Positions 1 to 12,426 of a stretch of 64,000 nucleotides of DNA are shown piece by piece. A program made the translations under genes and the position numbers. Source of the stretch: Macrostomum lignano (taxonomy: Eukaryota). The notes beneath the pieces were generated by a model. The model saw only the letters and a program-made list of their open reading frames with translations, searched no databases and was not told the DNA's origin. The DNA lies in NCBI GenBank assembly GCA_002269645.1, contig NIVC01000344.1:186001-250000 (forward strand), in the 5' to 3' direction. Position 1 is the first letter of the stretch. Every line of letters starts with the position of its first letter.

Positions 1-672
1 TATATTAGAATAAACTTTGGGGATAATCTATAAATCACCTGGGCACCCTCTGTATAATAATTGTATTACTATCTGTGCAATATTTCTATGCCTGAACTTG
101 TAAAAAATAATTCATAATAATAGATTACACCTGCCCTGATTGGGCCAGATGTGCAACCAACAGCTTAGCTATAGCTATTGCATGGCATATCTAAAGGCTA
201 CATATAGCTGTTTAGTCCAAAGACTATGGGGTTGCCACACACTCTCAAAACTATATAAAACATTTATTCCAATTCTCCATATTCCATAGCCATAGGGACC
301 CTAATATTATCATATTACCATAGTTCCCATAGCCATAGTTTTAACAAAAAATCTAGGAAACAAAATATTTTGAATCAAAAAGATAACCTACTGCTAAAAC
401 AACTGTAAATTTAAGTAGAAAATAAAACAAACACTTGATTGCCTCTGAAAGATTATATTTCATCTGCAAAAATATTTTACAGACTGAAAGTACTAAAGCA
501 AAAATGTTTCACATTGTTAAAATTTAGAGTTTGCTAATGTTTTATTGTACTTTATTAAGCATAATCTATAAATATTAGTTTATAGTTTCAGTTTCAAAGT
601 CTATAATACAATTTACTAAAGTAAATCTTTTGTTTAAGCAAAAGTAGCTACCGAAAATCTTTGTTTTATTCC

Positions 673-843
673 ATGCTTGGGTGCAACCTAGGGATTCACT
701 TGGCCATTTCTATTGGCAACACACACATGTAAGTTGCTATTAGATAGAATAATAGTCACATGACTGCTCTTAGCCAATAGCAACTTACATGTGTGTGTGT
801 TGCCAATAGAAATGATCGGGTGAATCCCAAGGTTGCACATGTA
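673..843. mobile_element. Palindromic (foldback) MITE-like element, copy 1
   Basis: Arms GTGCAACC..GGGATTCAC..ATTTCTATTGGCAACACACACATGTAAGTTGCTATT and AATAGCAACTTACATGTGTGTGTGTTGCCAATAGAAAT..GTGAATCCC..GGTTGCAC pair across 681-838. A second diverged copy lies at 4060-4226. No TSD resolved. Confidence 0.6.
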
Positions 844-1247
844 CCATGGATGTTTTACTCTACTTGTTTTTAATATTTTTTTTAATTAACAACTATGGCT
901 ATGACAATCTATAGAATATGACAATATTTACTATACATCCATAGTTGTACCCATAAGAGTAGCTATTTACCATAGGTATATTTGTAGTTGCTGTAGGCAC
1001 CTATTTTATACCTTTTAAACTTTGTCCAACTTGGATTATTCCAACTGTTATTTTGACTGATTATCTAATACATTTCAAGAGTCTGAATATCATTCCAACT
1101 CTTATTCTCCATAGTCCAGATTCATGGTAGGCATACAGCAGAATGAAAATTCATGTTTTTTTCAATTTTATGCCAATGTAAAATTTAAAGAAACTTTTAC
1201 ACCAAGAACCCAGAGTTGCTTGTATGCCAATTTTTTTAGAGAAAATA

Positions 1248-2559
1248 CGAGGGTTGTGTCAAAAATTCGCTGACAACTGCAAATATCAAAGAAACAAAAC
1301 AAAGAACAGCTAATTGTCAACATTGCACTTCTCAACATAGTCACCCCCAAGCTGCACACATTTGTGCCATCTCTCTGGCAGCTTGCTGATGCCCTGGGCG
1401 AAGAATTCCGTGGGGGTCCCTCGTACCCACTGGCTGATGGCCGAGCTGAGTGCAGAAAGGCTTCCATAGCGATGGCCACGAAGAGGCTCTTTCATTTTAG
1501 GGAACAACCAGTAGTCACTAGGGGCCAGGTCAGGAGAATAGGCAGGGTGAGGCAGCAACTCGAAGCCTAGTCTCCTGATGGCATCCATAGTTGCATTGCA
1601 GGTATGCGGCCTGGCGTTGTCCTGCTGCAGCACAGTGCCCCTGGTGATCCTTCCCCGGCGCTCACTCTTGATCTTCTCACGCAGCCGTTCCAATATTTCA
1701 CAGTAGTACTGGGCATTGATGGTTCTGCCTTCAGGTAGCCACTCGATCAGCAAGATGCCTTCTCTGTCCCAGAACACGGTGGCCATGCGCTTACCTGCTG
1801 ACTGCACCGCCTTGGCCTTGACCGGTGGGGGTTCGTGAGTAGCCTTCCAGACGCTGCTCTGCTGTTTTGTTTCCGGTTCGTAGAAGTGAAACCACGTTTC
1901 ATCACCAGTCACCAGGCGGCCAAGAAAGTCGGGCTCGTTTTGATAGGCGTTGAGCAGGTGGCGGCACATCTGGACCCTCTCTTGCAGTTGGACAGGAGTC
2001 AGCAGTTTAGGGACCCATCGTGCAACAACTCGTGTCATATGCAGATGGTCGGAGATGATGCAATGAATGCTCTTCATTGGTATCGCCAACAAGTCCTCTA
2101 ACTGCCTCAGGGTTGCTCCACGATCATCGTCCAGGGCATGCTGCACACGCTGGATGTTGTCACTGGAAGTGGATGACCGCGGTGCACCTGGGCGGGGAGC
2201 ATCATCAACTGTCTCCCAGCCGTCCTCAAAGCGCTGCACCCACTTTGACACAGTTTGTTTCGAAGGTGCATCCTCACCAAAGATTTGCAGCAGCTCGCGG
2301 TAAATATCAGCCTGCTTCTTCTGCTGCTTCCACAACAACCAAATGACAGTGCGCTTGGCAGCTTCACTTTTCTCCATACTGGCTAGAAGGGTGGTTTGAA
2401 TGCCACTCGATTTCTGCCTTATCTCAAAAGCCAGAGGGAAGATTTTCCATAGACTATAAGATCGATGGTGCCTTAGTCTGTAAAAAAAAATTCTGCCCCA
2501 AAGTACAAAAGAAACAGACACTATGTAAGTTTGTCAGCGAATTTATGACACAACCCTCG
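1248..2559 (-). mobile_element. Full-length mariner DNA transposon (irritans-like TIRs)
   Basis: 29-bp TIRs CGAGGGTTGTGTCA(A/T)AAATTCGCTGACAA at 1248-1276 and 2531-2559 (1 mismatch). TA duplication at 1246-1247 and 2560-2561. Length 1312 bp, with an intact transposase. Confidence 0.96.
1310..2377 (-). CDS. Mariner transposase, DD34D, 355 aa
   Basis: First ATG at 2377 (MEKSEAAK). N-terminal HTH, WVPKLL, TGDETW, QQDNARPH and YSPDLAPSDY motifs. 34 residues between catalytic D2 and D3. No stops or frameshifts. Confidence 0.95.
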   Translation of the reverse strand: MEKSEAAKRTVIWLLWKQQKKQADIYRELLQIFGEDAPSKQTVSKWVQRFEDGWETVDDAPRPGAPRSSTSSDNIQRVQHALDDDRGATLRQLEDLLAIPMKSIHCIISDHLHMTRVVARWVPKLLTPVQLQERVQMCRHLLNAYQNEPDFLGRLVTGDETWFHFYEPETKQQSSVWKATHEPPPVKAKAVQSAGKRMATVFWDREGILLIEWLPEGRTINAQYYCEILERLREKIKSERRGRITRGTVLQQDNARPHTCNATMDAIRRLGFELLPHPAYSPDLAPSDYWLFPKMKEPLRGHRYGSLSALSSAISQWVRGTPTEFFAQGISKLPERWHKCVQLGGDYVEKCNVDN

Positions 2560-4059
2560 TATATTCGAAATAAAAGAGTTTTACTAAACGTTACAATGGT
2601 AGTTTTTTGCTAAAAACTGATATTCTTTGTTTTAATTTTGTTTTTCTCATAAGTTGAATGAATATTTTTATTCTATTTTTCAATTAATTTTAAAAGAGCT
2701 TAGATACTGGTTGATCTTTTACTACACAATTATATTAACCCTGAACTCGGCTATTTTTGTATGCCAACTGTGTGTACTTTACTGGGTTTTTTTAGGCCAT
2801 ATGATAGCTACCGGCTACCCAAAAAAGCCATTGGCAACTGGATTTGTGGCATCAGAGGCCAATCTGACAACCAACTTGAACTAAAGCAGTTGCCAATGGG
2901 CCATTGAATATAATTATGGTCATAACATGACAGACTATTTTTACTTATAAAATGAAATCTAATAATAGAATATACTAAACCAATATTTTGAATGAAAGAT
3001 TATTTTGTCAAGAATATGTTTATAAAGTTTCATATAGATATCATCATTAGTATAGATGCTATTAAACCTTGAATGGCACTTATGGTCATAACAACAGGAT
3101 TTTTGACATATAGAAACTAAAAGGTAAAAGTCTTATAACATTTTTCATTTTTGATATTTTGCAATGATTTTTTTTTTAAATTTGACTAAGAATCTTTAGA
3201 AATCATACTCTTTTATTAGAATATATAAACTCAAAAAAGCAACAAAGATACAAGAAAAGGCAGCCTTATGGTCATAACATTATGGTTGCAACATATTTTT
3301 TCTGTCAATTCAGTAACTTTGAAGTACTAATATATTAAAAATATAATAGATTATATGGTTGCTAATGTTTTTATCTGATGATGCAAGTACTATAATTTTA
3401 TATATAGCTTGTTTTAACCTTCTAAAGCTTTCTATTTGTTTTTAAAAGGTACATAAACTTAATGATGTCTTTTGCTTAGAAAATGTCTAATTTTTTTTAC
3501 AAAAATAACTCTTGCCAATTGATAACATACTAATCCAACATTTTATCATTTATTTATTCTTAAATTGTATACATTACATACAAAAAGATTTGGTAAAAAA
3601 TTGGCTAATAAGGCAATGACAAGCAAAAATATTGACTTTTTTCTATTTTCCAAATATGTCTATTTTATATGGAATGGGCCCAATAATAAAAAAGTCTATC
3701 ATATTTTATTACTGCTAAGATTGGCTTGGCTGAAAACCTGAAGCCTGAGCTGATTTGAGCATATTATTTTTTCATCAATGCATGAAAATTGTTGCAAAAA
3801 CAACTTTATAAAGTGGGACACTGAAATAGGTCAGTTGCCAGTTGGCAACTGAGGATGGCAATTGGCAACTAGATTTTGAGCTCCAGTTGCCATTTGGCAA
3901 CTGGATTTTGGACAAAAAAAACCCAGGTACTTCATATTAAACCTGAAAATTCTATATACCAAGTATATGCCAAGATTGTCAATGAGAGCAAAAACATGCC
4001 AGAATTTTCTGGCATAAAGGCCACCTTTTGGACTATGGCTTATTCTGCCTGATTAATTT

Positions 4060-4226
4060 ATGCTTGGGCGCAACCTAGGGATTCACCTGGCTATTTCTAT
4101 TGGCAACACACATGTAAGTTGCTATTGGATGGAACAGTAGTCACATGACTGCTCCCAGCCAATAGCAACTTACATCTATGTGTTGCCAATAGAAATGGCC
4201 AAGTGATTCATAAGGTTATGCATGTA
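4060..4226. mobile_element. Palindromic MITE-like element, copy 2
   Basis: Homologous to 673-843 (TGCTTGGG.GCAACCTAGGGATTCAC...TGTTGCCAATAGAAATG). Confidence 0.6.
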
Positions 4227-4434
4227 TGGACTGATTATTAAATACATTGCAAGAGTCTAAATTAAAAATTTAAAACTAATATAGAAATTCAAGTATTAGC
4301 ATTTAAAAATTTAGAAACATGAACATTTTTATGCAAAAAGTTTTTTTATTTTAGTTTTTAGTCACTTAATATAGCTTTTCTGACAGCTACACTTGTTTAA
4401 AATATGTAATTCACTTTAAAGAGCTTGCACTGAC

Positions 4435-4712
4435 TTAAATTAAGAGTTAGAATGATATTTGGACTCTTGAGTTGTAATGTATTTAATAATCAGTTGGAAT
4501 AATAGTCAGAATGATATTCAGACTCTTGCAATGTATTTAATAATCAGTAAGAATAAGAGTCAGAATATTCCAACCATTATTCCAACTTATAATTTAACTG
4601 CATTACAAGTTGGTTGGTATAATGGTTAGAATATTCCAAGTCAGACAAAGTTTAAAAGGTCTTATTTTACCATATTTGCTACAACAATCCTATAGCCATA
4701 GCCATAGCTATG
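4435..4712 (-). repeat. Inverted copy of the 890-1105 AT-rich module
   Basis: ACCTTTTAAACTTTGTC (1010) and TACATTTCAAGAGTCTGAATATCATTCCAACTCTTA (about 1069) occur here as diverged reverse complements, partly duplicated. Confidence 0.5.
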
Positions 4713-5689
4713 GCAGAATACTAGGCCTAATTCTAAACTTAAAATAGTAATATTGTATTTAAAACCATAGGTTGGATAGTGAAATGTATACTGGGATTTT
4801 CTGAGATACAACAAGGCTACTTTTTCATTCAGCTTATATCAGCCTATATCCCGGCATACACGACAATGGAAATGTGTCAATGACACATTTTTAGATCCCA
4901 GCATTCAAACAAGGTCTTGTACTTCTTCCCACCATTCATTAGACCCAATGTACACTAATACACAATCTGAACTATGGTCATGGAATTATTTAAATATTTT
5001 GTGGCAAACGAAATGACTGTATACTTGGTATCAGTTTGAATCGATTATGTTTCTCTGGCCTGCCTAGGGGCCTACTAACAACTTAGGTCTTTAGGCCCTA
5101 ACTTGGTAATTGTTTTTTGTTTTATTTTTTTCAAAAGAAATATAGAAGCCAAAGATTGCAAGCCTGAATTTGCTGAATTTTATATACTTAATTGAACTAT
5201 AAACATGAATTGGCTTGTCAATTAGGCCAATGTAAAAAACAGACTACTTACTTCGTCAAGGACATTTGCTTGACTGATTCGATAGAAGATCGATAAGAAA
5301 TAATAAAAACTTGACGACTAAAAATTCAACAATTATTTTGGAACTTTCTAAAAAAGAAAATAATATGAACAGATAAATGCTTCTGTTCAGAATAAGCAAG
5401 CTTCAATTATGTTTGAATAGTGATCGATGGTGGACGCGTCCGCCGACGAAGAAAAGTAATGAATTTTTTTATGTTTAAATGTGTACCGCTAGAAAAACAA
5501 AGTAGTGCTACAAAGCAAAAAAATTTTACACCTGCCGTAAAATTCTCAAAAAGTACAGAATTTAGTAGAGTAAAAGTAGGTTTCTGGTACAATAGCAATT
5601 GTTTGGCTTAGGATGTGACCAAATCCGCAAAAGTTCGTTTATTTAAACCTAAATACAATCTTGTATCTCACGAAGCCCAGTAGTGCATC

Positions 5690-5739
5690 TAAGGACTTCT
5701 AGACTAGAAGACTAGACTAGACTAGTCTAGAAGTCCTTG
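5690..5739. mobile_element. 50-bp P-element-like micro-MITE
   Basis: TAAGGACTTCTAGACTAG...CTAGTCTAGAAGTCCTTG hairpin. Perfect 8-bp direct repeat AGTGCATC at 5682-5689 and 5740-5747. Confidence 0.7.
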
Positions 5740-6087
5740 AGTGCATCTAGGATTGGATACCGAAAGACATATCCCCAAGAGACAGATTTAGAAATATAAA
5801 ATAATGGGGCGGATTTTAACCTAAATATACATAGAGGGGCGCCATAATACACGTACATGCGAGGGGCGCCATACTGAGCAAACTGAGGCTGGTCTTTTAG
5901 CAGCAGTAGAAAAAAACCATAGACAACAAAGTAACACAGCATCGCTCTAATGAAAATAAGCCAGCCAGCCTCGTAAAAAATCCTAGTTTCCCGTCCGTGT
6001 TTGAGTAGTCCTGCCATAATCCTAGCTACGTGTTTGTACATGTTACATGCTCTGTCTATTTGATGAAGATTCACAACAGTAAATGTA

Positions 6088-7243
6088 CCTTTTCAATTTC
6101 GGATTCGTCAAAAGTGAGTTCAAATTCGTCAGCGTATGCAAAACTATATGGCGCTCAAGGTAGGGGAAGAGAATGAGTGTCTATGGTAAATTTTTAGAGA
6201 AAGTGACTTCGAATTCGTCTAAGTAAGTGAAATTCGTCAGTACAAATACAGCCTGATCAGAAAAGTGTCTGCTTGATCCATCATGGTAAGAAAATAAGTT
6301 GTCTATGGTAAATTTAAGTAAGAAAGTGAGCTGATCGTGAATTTCGTCTGTGGAAAAGTAGCCTAATTTCTTAAAATCTTCATTTCATGCTTTGATTGTT
6401 GTCAGAGATGCCCTGCATGAGAATTTCGTCTGTGGAAAAGCAGCCCAATGTCTTGAAATCTTCATTTCATGCTTTGATTGTTGTCAGAGATGCCCTGCAT
6501 GAGAATTTCGTCTGTGGAAAAGCAGCCCAATGTCTTGAAATCTTCATTTCATGCTTTGATTGTTGTCAGAGATGCCCTACATGAGAATTTCGTCTGTGGA
6601 TCGCTCTAGACTCGTGCGATGTTTTCAACAAGGACGAGACTGGAGACAACTCGCAATTGAACTGGATATCAAGAGGACAACTGCCAGTGACATCATCAGG
6701 AGATATGTTGATGAGGTAGGATTGATCTTAACGTGCGTGGCGGTGCAGTGAGACCAAAGTTTTCTGAGGAGATGCTCGGGGGGTTGACGAGGTATGTGGA
6801 GGTGACCCTCAAAGAAATGCAGCAAAAGCTTGTTGCAGATTTTCCTGCTGCTCCTGCTGTGACAACGCAGGCAATCAGTCGTCGGCTTGACGGGACTTTG
6901 TGCGTTACATTGGCTGTTTGTTGTCATGTAGGGCATCTCTGACAACAATCGAAGCATGAAATGAAGATTTTAAGAAATTGGGCTACTTTTCCACAGACGA
7001 AATTCACTCACTTTCTTACTTAAATTTACCATAGACACCTTCTTTTCTTACCATGGACAAAGCAGACACTTTTTCTGATCAGGCTGTATTTGCACTGACG
7101 AATTTCACTTACTTAGACAAATTCGAAGTCACTTTCTCTAAAAATTTACCATAGACACTCATTCTCTTCCCCTTGAGCGCTATATAGTTTTGCATACGCT
7201 GACGAATTTGAACTCACTTTTGACGAATCCGAAGTTGAAAAGG
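6088..7243 (+). mobile_element. Non-autonomous Tc1/IS630-type element with about 320-bp TIRs
   Basis: Left arm CCTTTTCAATTTCGGATTCGTCAAAAGTGAG... (6088 to about 6416) is the reverse complement of 6925-7243. TA at 6086-6087 and 7244-7245. The inner 82 bp of the left TIR is repeated at 6339, 6421, 6503 and 6585 (partial). Confidence 0.85.
6598..6900 (+). pseudogene. Tc1/IS630-like transposase N-terminal HTH remnant
   Basis: DRSRLVRCFQQGRDWRQLAIELDIKRTTASDIIRRY, then a frameshift to RGGAVRPKFSEE..VTLKEMQQKL..TTQAISRRLDG. No DDE domain. Confidence 0.65.
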
Positions 7244-8717
7244 TATAGTTGCGGAGCAGAGCGCTTAAAATCTTATAATATCTATTCGAACAATCTGAGA
7301 ATTCTTTAAAAACTGAGACTTTATACATGTAGACTATAGGGAGGCAAAAATGCCACCCTAACCCCTATTATACGAGCGTATAAGAAATAATCTGTGCGTA
7401 TTGTACATACATGTACGACTGGGACTGGAATGGCACGTGACGAACACTGCTTCATTTCAGGGCTACTTTGAGTAGAATCGCGTAAAGTTTTTCTACATGC
7501 TGCTAATTCTACGAGTTATCAATAAAATTTATTCTTTGGAAACTCCTAACAAAATGTAAAAAAATTATTTGTACAATGTAAGCAGTAATTCTGTGTTGCA
7601 TTTTATAAAACAGTATCTTTTCCGACCGAGGTAGAAAAGCTCTTCTGATTCATAAGAAGAGCTTCTTGTCGACCTTATTCGCTATATATTTTTCGACACT
7701 TTTAGAGCTTCTATCCTTGCTATTGTTTGGGTATAGTTTACTTGTAACTTTAATTTGTTCAACTTTTGCCATTCGGAGCTATTAATAAATTCTACATGTA
7801 GAGTTCCTAGCCAGCGGGTGCATTTTCTCTCTATATAAATTACACAATATAAGTTACACAAAAAATCTAGGGTCAGTTTAATGTCTCAAGCATCCTATAA
7901 ATTACTTTTGTCTAGTTATTCAACCGCGGGGAATAAAAATGTTCCAATGAAATTTTATCGCTTTTCTTGCTTCTTTTTTATTCAGTTGCTTTTTGCTGCT
8001 CGTAAATCTGCACAATGGATGCATTCTAATTCATTGTTCAGTTGTTGAATTAACTTCGGGCAACGGATCCCGTTTAGCAACACTTGGCATAGCGGCTCAG
8101 GGTATGCTTAGTCTCTAAACACATGTTTTATATAGACAGAATGCGCCAAGCCAAAGGCGCGGCATGGCAAATTGCTTGAGTCGGATTGCAAAAACTCCAT
8201 CAAAAACTTAACGGCAATAAAAAACTCGAACAAAGCATCATGAAAGCAGTTCGAATTTGACCTGACCGCGTCTTTCTTTTTTATGCAGTGCAGATTTTTA
8301 CAGCTTCTGTGCATGTATGCTCACTATATATAGATAGCCCAGGGCCTGGATGCTACTGCATGCATGGGGTGTGACGGTGTGCTATTCCTGCTGAGTCATT
8401 TGCTAACCTGTGCGGTTTATAGTTTAGTGACCTTTTTACTAGATATAAATACTAGATATAAACTAGATAGATATAACTATATATTTATAGAGTGAAACAG
8501 TTTTTGCACTATACTATACTCAGTCTACCTTACAAAGCTTGCGATTTCAATTATCGACCTGTTAAATTCAAATATTTTCCACACGTGGAGAGAAATCTCC
8601 AGGGTGAGAAATTACTCGTACTATGGGAGCTGGGATAGGAGAATCTCTGGGAAATCTTAGGGGGTAAATATCGGGGGAGGGGATCTCATATAGGAAGAAA
8701 AATCTCTGAGAGATCTT

Positions 8718-9915
8718 CAGGGGTCAGCGAATTAACTCCGCCCGCGAAGCCTCTCTATCCAGCCATGAAACTTCACGATAGCAATGCGGCCTGATCAGGG
8801 TTTGTGACTCTTCTCATCTCTCTTTTCCTTTTCTCCTCTCCTCTCTCCCCTCATCTCCCATCTCCTCTCTCTTCTCTCCTCTTTCCTCTCCCCCCTCATC
8901 TCCCATCTCCTCTCTCTTCTCTCCTCTCTCCTCTCTCTCCTCATCTCCCATCTCCTCTCTCTTCTCTCCTCTCTCCTCTCTCCCCTCATCTCCCATCTCC
9001 TCTCTCTTCTCTCCTCTCTCCTCTCTCTCCTCATCTCACATCTCCTCTCTCTTCTCTCCTCTTTTCTCTCCCCCCTCATCTCCCTTCTCCTCTCTCTTCT
9101 CTCCTCTCTCCTCTCTCCCCTCATCTCTCATCTCCTCTCTCTTCTCTCCTCTCTCCTCTCCCCCCTCATCTCCCATCTCCTCTCTCTTCTCTCCTCTTTC
9201 CTCTCTCCCCTCATCTCCCATCTCCTCTCTCTTCTCTCCTCTCTCCTCTCTCCCCTCATCTCTCATCTCCTCTCTCTTCTCTCCTCTCTCCTCTCCCCCC
9301 TCATCTCCCATCTCCTCTCTCTTCTCTCCTCTTTCCTCTCTCCCCTCATCTCCCATCTCCTCTCTCTTCTCTCCTCTTTCCTCTCGCCCCTCATCTCCCA
9401 TCTCCTCTCTCTTCTCTCTCTCCCCCTTATCTTCCCATCTCCTCTCTCCCCTTATCTCCCATCTCATCTCTAATTTCTCCTCTTTCCCCTCATCTCCCAT
9501 CTCCTTTCTCTTCTCTCCTCTCTCTTCTCTCCTCTTTCCTCTCGCCCCTCATCTCCCATCTCCTCTCTCTTCTCTCTCTCCCCCTTATCTTCCCATCTCC
9601 TCTCTCCCCTTATCTCCCATCTCATCTCTAATTTCTCCTCTTTCCCCTCATCTCCCATCTCCTTTCTCTTCTCTCCTCTCTCTTCTCTCCTCTTTCCTCT
9701 CGCCCCTCATCTCCCATCTCCTCTCTCTTCTCTCTCTCTCCCCTTATCTCCCATCTCATCTCTAATTTCTCCTCTTTCCCCTCATCTCCCATCTCCTCTC
9801 TCTTCTCTCCTCTCTCCCCTCATCTCCCATCTTCTTTCTCTTCTCTCCTCTCTCTTCTCTCCCCTCATCTCCCATCTCCTCTCTCTTCTCTCCTCTTTCC
9901 TCTCCCCTTCAGAAA
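8718..9915 (+). mobile_element. hAT (Charlie-like) MITE copy with an expanded CT-rich core
   Basis: CAGGGGTCAGCGAATT..CCCGCGAAGCCTCTCTATCC..TGAAACTTCACGATAGCAAT matches the left end of 63229-63633. The right end is degenerate (CCCCTTCAG). Confidence 0.5.
8808..9907. repeat. Polypyrimidine minisatellite, about 45-bp unit
   Basis: CATCTCCCATCTCCTCTCTCTTCTCTCCTCTCTCCTCTCTCCCCT with variants. Explains ORFs 8795-9658. Confidence 0.9.
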
Positions 9916-10940
9916 GTAGAGCAGTTCATGTAGTTTTTTGTGCCTTCTTTTGAAAGCGATATTCTCTTCTTTTAGAGAGAGTTAGAAGCCACTACACAGG
10001 TATGTAGAGAGAATAAGAGAAGAGAACACATCAGCTAAAAATTTGTAAATAGTCGATGAATGCTTTACAAGCGCCCTGCATGCAATTGTTACACTCTATT
10101 TCAAGGTATCAAAAGCGCACACAATACCTGCGGCTCTGTGTCTTTGTGGCTGTCTGTAGAGAGTAGTGAGAATAGCCTGGCATCAAATCATTGCCCCCCC
10201 CCCTCCTAGTTGCGGTGGACGACCTGACAACAATAAAGGCAAGGGAGCTCTAAGACGAAGGGTCTGGAAGTCTAACTAGATGAGGTCAGAAGCAGGGCAA
10301 GTGAACATAAGCTCTGCGTGTAAACCCTACACTCGCACCCTGCACTCGCTGCAGCAGTTCTGCAAATCTAAATAATACGGTATAATGAGAGCATGATTGT
10401 AAAAACCAAATGCTTAACAACTTTTTCTATTGACAAAGCTGCTGCAAGTCTCTTGGGGGGCTGCGGCATTTATCATAATTGCCACTGTACTGCCAACCCC
10501 CCCCCCACGGCACCTTTGAGCACTGCGGCAAATATCAGACTTATGGCTAGGCTATTAAGTATGCCTTTTATTAGCCTGAGAAGCTCCAGTCTCGCTCTTG
10601 CTTCTCAACGATTTGTTAAATTAAGCATCAAAAAGCTGTAAGATTGCGCGGAAAACATTAGATAGGCAATTATAAACATCATCACTGCCATTTTGTGGAA
10701 TCAGTTTTTCTCTCCTTCAAGTCCCACTGCAGGCTGTCTCTGGCAGGTTGAAAACAGCAGACATTCGTAATGCCAGCATCGTGAGAACTTGTTTAGTCGT
10801 TTAATAATTCTTTTTTCATGCCCCCCCCAGTGTCCTTTCAGCAGAAGAAATACAAACTGGCCTTCACGATTTTTATTTAAATTTTTAGCAGCGATGCTTG
10901 TGCGGCATAACTCGTACATTCTTGCAGCATATTCAAAAAT

Positions 10941-11422
10941 ATGGATTGCTAATCTAGCCTATCATGGCTGAAGGTGTATATAATGGATTGCTAATCTAGC
11001 CTATCATGGCTGAAGGTGTATATAATGGATTGCTAATCTAGCCTATCATGGCTGAAGGTGTATATAATGGATTGCTAATCTAGCCTATCATGGCTGAAGG
11101 TGTATATAATGGATTGCTAATCTAGCCTATCATGGCTGAAGGTGTATATAATGGATTGCTAATCTAGCCTATCATGGCTGAAGGTGTATATAATGGATTG
11201 CTAATCTAGCCTATCATGGCTGAAGGTGTACACTGTATATAATGGATTGCTAATCTAGCCTATCATGGCTGAAGGTGTATATAATGGATTGCTAATCTAG
11301 CCTATCATGGCTGAAGGTGTACACTGTATATAATGGATTGCTAATCTAGCCTATCATGGCTGAAGGTGTACACTGTATATAATGGATTGCTAGTCTAGCC
11401 TATCATGGCTGAAGGTGTATAT
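10941..11422. repeat. 42-bp minisatellite, about 11 copies
   Basis: ATGGATTGCTAATCTAGCCTATCATGGCTGAAGGTGTATATA. Later copies carry a CACTGTA insertion. Confidence 0.95.
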
Positions 11423-11430
11423 ACAGTAAT

Positions 11431-11817
11431 GCGCATAGAATGGATTGCTAATCTAGTCAACCACAGGACTGTAAATCTGTAACTAAAATCAGCGCATAGA
11501 ATGGATTGCTAATCTAGTCAACCACAGGACTGTAAATCTGTAACTAAAATCAGCGCATAGAATGGATTGCTAATCTAGTCAACCACAGGACTGTAAATCT
11601 GTAACTCAAATCAGCGCATAGAATGGATTGCTAATCTAGTCAACCACAGGACTGTAAATCTGTAACTCAAATCAGCGCATAGAATGGATTGCTAATCTAG
11701 TCAACCACAGGACTGTAAATCTGTAACTCAGATCAGCGCATAGAATGGATTGCTAATCTAGTCAACCACAGGACTGTAAATCTGTAACTCAGATCAGCGC
11801 ATAGAATGGATTGCTAA
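11431..11817. repeat. 61-bp minisatellite, 6 copies plus a partial
   Basis: GCGCATAGAATGGATTGCTAATCTAGTCAACCACAGGACTGTAAATCTGTAACT(A/C)A(A/G)ATCA, period 61. Confidence 0.95.
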
Positions 11818-12426
11818 GCTACTATAAAAGAGCCAGTCATAAAACTGCATCGAATGTTGAAAATCTGAGATTAAAACCGAACTATCGGACTAATCAGTGT
11901 AATGAGCGGAGCGCGCCAAGCCCCGTCATCATGAATAACTCAGAGCCCAGTTGGGAATCGGATTTTGTCAGCCAGCAGCCAATCACTTAAGCGCAGTCAA
12001 TCTCATATTGCTTCGAGAATCGCTAAAGCCACTTGTGAGGCGCATTATAACGATCAGAAAAGTTTTACAACCAACCTGGGAGCAATTTTCTCCAGCAAAG
12101 CTGTTAGCGAAATCAAGCAAGTGAGCCGACAAGAAGCAACTCTGGACTCTGGACTGTTTTCGAGCTGTCCTGGGAATTCGCAGCGAGTTGGCCTGAGCTG
12201 GTCATCTCGACAAAGATTTAATTTCCGCAATGTTGAAATTTCTTTATCATAAATGCTACCGTTTACAACTTGCGCTTGCTATTATTCTCTGTCACTCTGC
12301 CAGCGTCGCGTACTCTTAATAACACTTCTGATATATTCTCATTTCTCTTCTCTGATAAGTATTCTCATTTACCACTGCAGTACTTATTGTAGCTGGCTGC
12401 AGTGGAACCTAAGCAGGGAAGAAAAC

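Noticed and set aside
8795-9658. Long Arg/Glu-rich and Ser/Pro/Leu-rich ORFs
   Set aside because: They are translations of the 45-bp CT satellite.
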